A DNA stretch of 13,304 bases from Ignisphaera sp. (GTDB taxonomy: Archaea; Thermoproteota; Thermoprotei_A; Sulfolobales; Ignisphaeraceae), in contig JAWAHS010000020.1 in the NCBI GenBank assembly GCA_038889075.1, positions 1 through 13,304 of the forward strand, read 5' to 3'. Shown piece by piece: positions 7,760-13,304 of this stretch (position 1 is its first letter; every line of letters starts with the position of its first letter). Made by a program: the position numbers and the translations under genes. Below the pieces are notes generated by a model. The model was given only the letters and a program-made list of their open reading frames with translations. It was not told the DNA's origin and ran no database searches.

Positions 7760-9319
7760 TTGATTATCATTGGTCTATTGGTAATCATCATCAGTATAGT
7801 TGGATACTTTGTTATTGTTTTACTAGTTCCGACAACCGTGACAGAAACAACCCCTATCACTACAACTGTTAGCAGTGTCGTGGGTGAAAAAATAATGTTG
7901 GGGGACCGTATAAATGTCATTACCCCTTTCATCTATAATGAAAAAAATGCGTATTATATAGAAGATATAGGTACCGTGTCCAATAGGTGGAGAATTGAAG
8001 GTTCATATGAGATAGAAAACTATTATCTAAAATTGGTTGGAAATAACGGCTGTTCTATAGCAATAAATATGGCCTATGCCCTAACACCTTACAGAGTCTA
8101 CAAGGTTAGATTAGCAATTACTAGCTTAAACAACATCTCAAAAATTTCTTTAGTTACTGAAAAATTTAAAGAAATTATAAGTGTAGATATTGATTCTACC
8201 TGGAATGTCCATACGGAAATGCTAGGCAAACCCGTCGTAAATCAAAGATCGATCAGTCTAGCAGGTACAAATGAAATAGAGTTTCTGTTTGCATACACGC
8301 TTAATGCCCTTGAAATTTTCCTCAAGAGAGCTAATATAGACGGCGATTGGATACTTTTAGCACAAATTAAATCTTCAGTTCTATCCATGTTTAAGCTATA
8401 CTTTGCCCTGGAAGCTTGCAATTCAGCTATAGCATTAAAGGAATTCATAGTATATGAGATAGCAGGAACAGGTATAAGGGATCTTAGACCTATATACGAT
8501 TGGAGTAATGGTAAGTATAGCCCTAAATCCTTTTTAAAAGATAGCGAAGGATGTATGCTATTTTTTGCTACTGCCGGTTTCTATGCACACCAAGCACACG
8601 TTCTCATCTTAAGAACAAGAGATTTAATACATTTTGAGCCAGTTAAAACTATAGTGATTAAGCAACCTGGATACACTGGACAGGGTGTAATGTTTAGATG
8701 GATTGATGGTGTGATTCATGGATATTTAATGGACTGGACATCATCTATCCCTCCATATCAGGGGGGTCTTCATAGGATTATCAAGGTAGAACTTGATGAA
8801 AACTTTAATGTACTTAAAATAGATAGAGTATTGCTGATTGATGCACCTCCAGGGGGTAGTGCAGGCCACTATGACATAGCCATTTTCAGATTCAACAATA
8901 CATGGTATGCAATAACTTCAAGTTTTACTGGAGGAACCATTCTGTGGACGATGTCGGATCCCACAATCCCTACTTTAACATACCTTAAAACAATATTTTA
9001 CAGTGACCATGAAAATCCGTATATAAGCCCTGTAATATCACCAAACAATAAGGTGCAATTTATGCTATCCTTAGCTACTACAATGGGCTGGCATAGAATT
9101 TACATACTGGATACCGAATTCAATCCTATAATATACTATAACATGATGCATTACAGAGTATGGACAGCAGGTACGTCTTTTTATCTCGACCCATGGTACA
9201 TCTTTATCCATCAGGATCAAATACCTGAAAGAAGATTTGAATCTGGTGATTTAGGTCCAGGAGCATATATTGAACTCTATAAACTTCTTACAGATTATAG
9301 ATATTTCATCGAAGAATAA
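7760..9319 (+). CDS. Membrane-anchored hypothetical protein; putative five-bladed beta-propeller glycoside hydrolase (GH43/GH32-like fold) after a beta-sandwich-like domain
   Basis: N-terminal TM helix and Thr-rich linker (PTTVTETTPITTT). Propeller-like motifs GIRDLRPI, RTRDLIHFEPV, GHYDIAIFRFNNTWY and DHENPYI. Directly follows the ATPase gene. The ORF is solid; the function is inferred. Confidence 0.6.
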   Translation: MIIIGLLVIIISIVGYFVIVLLVPTTVTETTPITTTVSSVVGEKIMLGDRINVITPFIYNEKNAYYIEDIGTVSNRWRIEGSYEIENYYLKLVGNNGCSIAINMAYALTPYRVYKVRLAITSLNNISKISLVTEKFKEIISVDIDSTWNVHTEMLGKPVVNQRSISLAGTNEIEFLFAYTLNALEIFLKRANIDGDWILLAQIKSSVLSMFKLYFALEACNSAIALKEFIVYEIAGTGIRDLRPIYDWSNGKYSPKSFLKDSEGCMLFFATAGFYAHQAHVLILRTRDLIHFEPVKTIVIKQPGYTGQGVMFRWIDGVIHGYLMDWTSSIPPYQGGLHRIIKVELDENFNVLKIDRVLLIDAPPGGSAGHYDIAIFRFNNTWYAITSSFTGGTILWTMSDPTIPTLTYLKTIFYSDHENPYISPVISPNNKVQFMLSLATTMGWHRIYILDTEFNPIIYYNMMHYRVWTAGTSFYLDPWYIFIHQDQIPERRFESGDLGPGAYIELYKLLTDYRYFIEE

Positions 9320-9677
9320 TTTTATCTTATTAAAAACGCAGAATATCATAAAGATACCACTCTCATCAAAGTCCCAAAATCATGGCCCATAATATAATTG
9401 GGCGGCCTGCATAGAGAAATGCAGTACGGAGGGTATCCCCCATACGAACTATCATTCAGGATATTTCCTGTAATCTTCTAAACCCTCTCTATTTTATTAC
9501 TTTAATTACCTTGATAACAAATCGTGTATGAATCTCACATTATTCTGTACAATTCCTCATCTAATTACAGGAAAGAATCCCAATAATATTTTCTTTGATT
9601 AACATTGTGATAGAGAGCTATAAATTAAAAGCTTATACATTGTTTAAAAGCCGAGAAAGGATTAGCGCTTCTGAAAT

Positions 9678-9698
9678 TTTTCATGAAAATTTTTATTT
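9678..9698 (+). promoter_or_regulatory. Putative promoter with palindromic TTTTCATGAAAA box, GH16-like gene
   Basis: TTTCATGAAAATTTTTATTT (9679-9698), 16/20 match to 4746-4765; overlaps a perfect 12-bp palindrome at 9678-9689. Confidence 0.55.
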
Positions 9699-9728
9699 TG
9701 CGCTTCCTCAATACCTATAAAAGGTGAT

Positions 9729-10775
9729 TTGATGATTAAAGGTATTAGATATGCGGCTATAGCTTCCGAAGGCATTGATAATGTTTTCTATTGTTGGTGC
9801 AGGACAAAAACCGCCATAGAAGGTTTTGAGGAGGAGTTTAAAGTATGTAACCCAAGTGAATTCTGGAAATACGTAGATAGGGAAAAGAGCTATACAGAGT
9901 TCATTCAATCAAGGTATATTAGGCCTGCTGGGTATATTACTGTGTCTTTGAGGTCTAGGGAGTTATTTAGATGGGGTATTTTTGAGCTTAGGGCTAAGCT
10001 TCCTAGGCTTGATGGGGGCCCTATGCTATGGTTTGGTTTTGAGCTTGACGATCTTTTTGGTGGTGGTATGGTTCACTTTATGTGGCATTGTGGTAGGGGT
10101 TCTTTAGCTGCTTTTGCTGGTGGTTTTAGCTCTAGAGTTGAAATGGATTTAACTAGATATTTACCTAGTGACGCTTCTAATAACTATCACCTCTATAGAA
10201 TTATATACAGGGAGGGTCTAGCTCTGTGGTATATAGATGATAAGCTTAGAGCTATAGCTATCATAGGCTGTGGAACCTCTAGAGACTCATCAATACTGTA
10301 TAGAGGAAAACCCTACACAATAGGCTTTACAAGAGATATACCATCAGCAGCACTACCCATCCTCCTAGATATAGATGGAGGAGATATAGATAAACCCTTT
10401 GAATGGCCAAACCTCCACCCATGGGACCTAAGGGTGTCGGAAGGGAATCCAAAAACGCCACTGTACCTAGATCTATATGCTGAAGATAGTGATGAAAAGT
10501 TGAGCAGCATTACTATAGACAAGGAAATTGCTTCAGCACCTTTTCCAGGTACACTTGACCACAAGGAGGTGGTATTTGTATCAAAAGGTGATGGAATTCT
10601 AGTACTAGAAGGTTTCATTGATGGTCAATGGCTAACCTATAAAGAATACAAAATTGAAAGCCATAAACTCTACAATATAGTTATTGATAATAGTAACCTA
10701 CTGTATAGAATAGTATTTAGACCCTCTCTAGATACAAAGACAGGAATATTATCATCTAAAGTTATATTAAAGTAA
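9729..10775 (+). CDS. GH16/concanavalin A-like beta-jelly-roll domain protein, no signal peptide
   Basis: LRSRELFRWGIFELRAKLP and DASNNYHLYRIIYREGLALWYIDDKL resemble the GH16 segments F-x-YG-x-FE-x-RAKLP and FH-x-Y-x-I-x-W-x4-WY-x-D. SD AGGTGA at 9722-9727; likely start ATG 9732. Confidence 0.62.
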   Translation: MMIKGIRYAAIASEGIDNVFYCWCRTKTAIEGFEEEFKVCNPSEFWKYVDREKSYTEFIQSRYIRPAGYITVSLRSRELFRWGIFELRAKLPRLDGGPMLWFGFELDDLFGGGMVHFMWHCGRGSLAAFAGGFSSRVEMDLTRYLPSDASNNYHLYRIIYREGLALWYIDDKLRAIAIIGCGTSRDSSILYRGKPYTIGFTRDIPSAALPILLDIDGGDIDKPFEWPNLHPWDLRVSEGNPKTPLYLDLYAEDSDEKLSSITIDKEIASAPFPGTLDHKEVVFVSKGDGILVLEGFIDGQWLTYKEYKIESHKLYNIVIDNSNLLYRIVFRPSLDTKTGILSSKVILK

Positions 10776-11236
10776 GTATAGTTTTACATTATACGGAGAT
10801 GTCCAAATCTAGTGTATATAGCTTATCAATTTTATTACTATAAGTGCAGAGCACCCCTTCTTGGTAAGACTATCCATTGCTTCAACTATTTTGATACAAT
10901 AGCAAGAGAAGATTGAAAACATTCGTACCTCTCTGCATCTATCTTATTATCTTGTATACTTAATGGCCATGATAGAAAGGGTTGTCCACGATAACACCAC
11001 AGACTCTAAGATGTGTATTTCTCCTAATCCCTAAAATTTTTCTAGCTATTTTTATATACTATGTTAGACCTTCTAATTTCTTTTCATATATCTTAAGTAC
11101 CTTGAAGGAGGCACGTCGAGTATGCTATAATATGTTCTATGTTTTTCCTCTCTATACACCTAAAATAGTAAATTCATTTACACACCTTCTCTTCTATATT
11201 ACTTGCCTAGGGATGTGTGGCCTAGCTACCTCCCCT

Positions 11237-11710
11237 CTACGATATATACCTCCATTGATGGGAGCTGCACTGGTGGTGATCGGTGCTGCCTCGAGTAGTG
11301 GGGTGGATAGTGCGTTGGTGTGTTAGGGGCTTTATGGCTCTGCCGCTTCGTCGGGGGTTGGGGGAGGTGGTGAAGTCCTCTACTCTCACCATCTTCGACC
11401 TTCCTCTATATAGGGGTAGCATCTCCCTCTCTACAACATGTATTTCAGATGGGTCTCCTATTCCCCTCTCCCATAGCTTCACCGACACCCTCTCTGGTGG
11501 CTGGCCCGTAACCACCAGTACATCTATACCGCTTAACAGTGTGTAGCCACCCTCAACAATACTGCCAAAGAGGTAGACCTCAGCCCCTCTATCCAGCTCC
11601 TTAACCGTCTCCACGATTATCTTGAGGTAGTGCTTGAGATTTCTAAAAACCTCAGCTCTATACCTGGCTAGCTCTACCAAGAGCCTCTCTGACGACTCTA
11701 AACACCTCAT
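11237..11710 (-). CDS. Minimal nucleotidyltransferase (MNT) domain antitoxin-like protein, probably degenerate
   Basis: AEVYLFGSIVEGGYTLLSGIDVLVV matches GS-x10-D-x-D except that the first Asp is Gly; EIHVV is also present. Overlaps the 3' end of an upstream HEPN gene. Unusual ~45-aa hydrophilic C-terminal extension after VRVEDF. Confidence 0.8.
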   Translation of the reverse strand: MRCLESSERLLVELARYRAEVFRNLKHYLKIIVETVKELDRGAEVYLFGSIVEGGYTLLSGIDVLVVTGQPPERVSVKLWERGIGDPSEIHVVEREMLPLYRGRSKMVRVEDFTTSPNPRRSGRAIKPLTHQRTIHPTTRGSTDHHQCSSHQWRYIS

Positions 11711-12074
11711 CCACTACTTCCTTAACCCTCGCCGTTTCTTCAACTCTAAAATCTCTGGGTATGTAACTCGAAGTTATATAGGCATCTTCAAGCAAGGCCA
11801 AAACTCTACACTGTGCTCCATCCATAGCCCTCTGATATCCTCAGCCCCCGTAGGTCTATATATCGATTCAAGTAGTCCTCTAATACTGTGCATCCTTGGA
11901 TAGTACATACCTAGAGAGTAGAGCAGCTTTTAGAAATAGTTGAAGGCTCTGCCCAAAGCTAGACATCGCCAAGTCGTAAAATCCTCTCTCGATTTGAAAG
12001 AGAGCGGATTCATAGAAACGCCTAGATCTCTCTAAAAGGCTATCCACCTCAGCTCGCTTAGTCAATAGCGGCAC
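11658..12074 (-). pseudogene. HEPN domain protein pseudogene (two frameshifts), cognate of the downstream MNT
   Basis: Frame A reads ...LLERSRRFYESALFQIERGFYDLAMSSFGQSLQLFLKAALL. A shift near 11912 gives LGMYYPRMHSIRGLLESI...EHSVE. A shift near 11801 gives LALLEDAYITSSYIPRDFRVEETARVKEVVDEVFRVVREALG..stop at 11658. Joined, these give a typical ~135-aa archaeal HEPN protein. Confidence 0.85.
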
Positions 12075-12106
12075 CCCTACACGCTAATACCAATAGCACA
12101 ATCTTT

Positions 12107-12122
12107 CTTAATTAAGCTTATC
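12107..12122 (-). promoter_or_regulatory. Putative BRE-TATA of HEPN-MNT operon
   Basis: Minus strand GATAAGCTTAATTAAG ~35-45 bp upstream of the HEPN start; a similar GGTAAGCTTATTAC precedes the glycosylase gene (12909-12922). Confidence 0.4.
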
Positions 12123-12353
12123 ACCTATCCCTAGAGAGCTAGCTGTAGAATTCCGAGGCTGGGAATTCGGTGGCAGCCTACAGCTGTACATATCGTCTGC
12201 ACAGGCTATCCCTGGGATCGTCATCCCCTCCATCCCTTCTCTGGGGAAGGTTGATCTACACACTAGGTAGAGGCCTTCTATCTCTGTTTTGAAGTACAGT
12301 CCCAGGTTTTGGGCTATGTAGAAGGAGTGTGGTGAAGAAACCCATCCGCGAAT
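12108..12353 (-). pseudogene. C-terminal remnant of a phytoene dehydrogenase-like FAD-dependent oxidoreductase
   Basis: Stop-to-stop open frame with no start codon upstream of the conserved block. It reads YFKTEIEGLYLVCRSTFPREGMEGMTIPGIACADDM, resembling the family C-terminal motif KTPI-x-GLYL-x-G-x-STFPG-x-G-x-E-x-V-x-ISG-x-x-CA-x-DI. Confidence 0.55.
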
Positions 12354-12417
12354 TTAAGCAGCTGGGCTTCAAGCTATGCAGACCCTCCTGCTCCAACTGG
12401 GTAGTAGAGCCACCCCA

Positions 12418-12876
12418 TCAAAAATTCTGTAGGAGGAAATCCTTTGGCCTCTCCCACTCCTCTACAGGACCCTCAACCACATAGAAGACCGGGTTGGGGT
12501 CTACACCTCCTAGACCTCTCATCCGATGCCACCATCCAGGATCTCTAGTTGAAAGCTTGTATAGGAGTAGCCTATACTCGTACTCTATCTGCCCTAGGGT
12601 TACGGGTATGAGGCTAGTGCTAGAGGCGTTGTACACCTTGATCTTGTTGAGGCTGAACCTATACCCCCTGCCACGGCCTTCGAGGTAGACATGGTAGAGG
12701 TAGGTTCCAATAGCGAGCATGGGGTTGGACGCCCTTTTAAATCTGGTTAGCTGAGGATGGTTTATATAGCCTCTAGTTTGTCCGCTAAGAACCTTCTGAG
12801 CTAAAAGACCCTCCCTCCAGAGGGCAGTCAAACCCACTCTATCTAGATACCTTGGATGGATAGACCACAGCCTCAA
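12418..12876 (-). CDS. Pyrimidine dimer DNA glycosylase / T4 endonuclease V-like family protein
   Basis: (M)RLWSIHPRYLDRVGLTALWREGLLAQKVLSGQTRGYINHPQLTRF, IPVTLGQIEYE and HP/NP-x-F-x-VVEGPVEEWER are characteristic of this family. TTG 12876 matches the family N-terminus and follows a GGGGGT SD-like site (the ORF track start is 12891). Confidence 0.85.
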   Translation of the reverse strand: MRLWSIHPRYLDRVGLTALWREGLLAQKVLSGQTRGYINHPQLTRFKRASNPMLAIGTYLYHVYLEGRGRGYRFSLNKIKVYNASSTSLIPVTLGQIEYEYRLLLYKLSTRDPGWWHRMRGLGGVDPNPVFYVVEGPVEEWERPKDFLLQNF

Positions 12877-13210
12877 CCATACCCCCATCAAATCAGCACA
12901 TCAAGCAGGTAATAAGCTTACCTAGCGTCGTACCACCAGCACTAAAGTTTCTAGACTTTCTACTCCCTATCTCAAGAAAGTTGATGTCTATGCTCCCCCC
13001 GTCCAGCACACCCCTCCCTCACCTCTCCACAGCCTACCCAAGAAATCCACCATCTCCATACACAGCCCCCCAGATACATCAATAGCAAACAGACCACCCT
13101 CTAGATGCTCCTACGAGCTTCTCCACATTAAAGTCAGCTGGACCGGTACTGATGAAGCTACATAAACTGATATCAGCATCCTCAACCACCAGCAGCTGCA
13201 GTGAGACCCA

Positions 13211-13304
13211 TTGGCTAAAGGCTCTATCAACACATCCCTTACAACAGCCAGAGAGATTCTAAGCTATGCTGATGAAGAGCTTAGAAAGGCTATTAAATCG
13301 GGAG
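13211..13304 (+). CDS. 5' end of probable PaREP1/HEPN-like helical protein (truncated by window edge)
   Basis: TTG at 13211 after GTGAG; reads MAKGSINTSLTTAREILSYADEELRKAIKSG..., open to the window end. Resembles the N-terminal A-x-E-x-L-x-x-A-x-EE helix of PaREP1/HEPN proteins. Only 31 codons are visible. Confidence 0.4.
   Translation, partial: MAKGSINTSLTTAREILSYADEELRKAIKSG

Noticed and set aside
1443-10618. Short minus-strand ORFs (1443, 1731, 2021, 2431, 2893, 6596, 7220, 7609, 8242, 9708, 10313)
   Set aside because: All overlap well-supported plus-strand genes and have no recognisable motifs.
11220-11375. GC-rich stretch as tRNA/ncRNA or IS end
   Set aside because: No cloverleaf or T-loop consensus, no terminal inverted repeats or target duplication seen; G/T skew argues against a stable structure.
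11790-11920. Programmed frameshifting to express full-length HEPN
   Set aside because: Two separate shifts would be needed, there is no canonical slippery heptamer, and substitutions at conserved residues in both HEPN and MNT favor decay.
10982-12688. Plus-strand ORFs 10982-11326, 11283-11546, 11634-11903 and 12494-12688
   Set aside because: They are antisense to MNT, HEPN or the glycosylase, or they straddle the compositional junction, and they have no recognisable motifs.

Overview
The window looks archaeal, probably a hyperthermophilic crenarchaeote (inferred from ATA/AGA/AGG-rich codons, GGTG-type Shine-Dalgarno sites and BRE-TATA promoters). It has two parts. (1) An AT-rich, co-oriented carbohydrate utilization locus (~865-10775) encodes a membrane-anchored Thr/Pro-stalked sugar-binding protein, a C-terminally anchored and sequon-rich GH51 alpha-L-arabinofuranosidase-like enzyme, two CUT1 ABC permeases and a MalK-type ATPase. 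It also encodes an N-anchored protein with a divergent five-bladed beta-propeller glycosidase-like domain and an apparently cytoplasmic GH16/ConA-like protein with an incomplete catalytic motif. Four of these genes share a ~20-bp upstream motif (TTTCATRAA fused to BRE-TATA) at near-identical spacing, which suggests a regulon. (2) A more GC-rich, decaying segment (~11200-13304) holds a degenerate HEPN-MNT toxin-antitoxin pair, a relic of a phytoene-dehydrogenase-like oxidoreductase, an intact pyrimidine-dimer DNA glycosylase-family gene and the start of a probable PaREP1/HEPN-like gene. I saw no RNA genes, CRISPR arrays or transposases. All family assignments come from motif recognition by eye, not from database searches.
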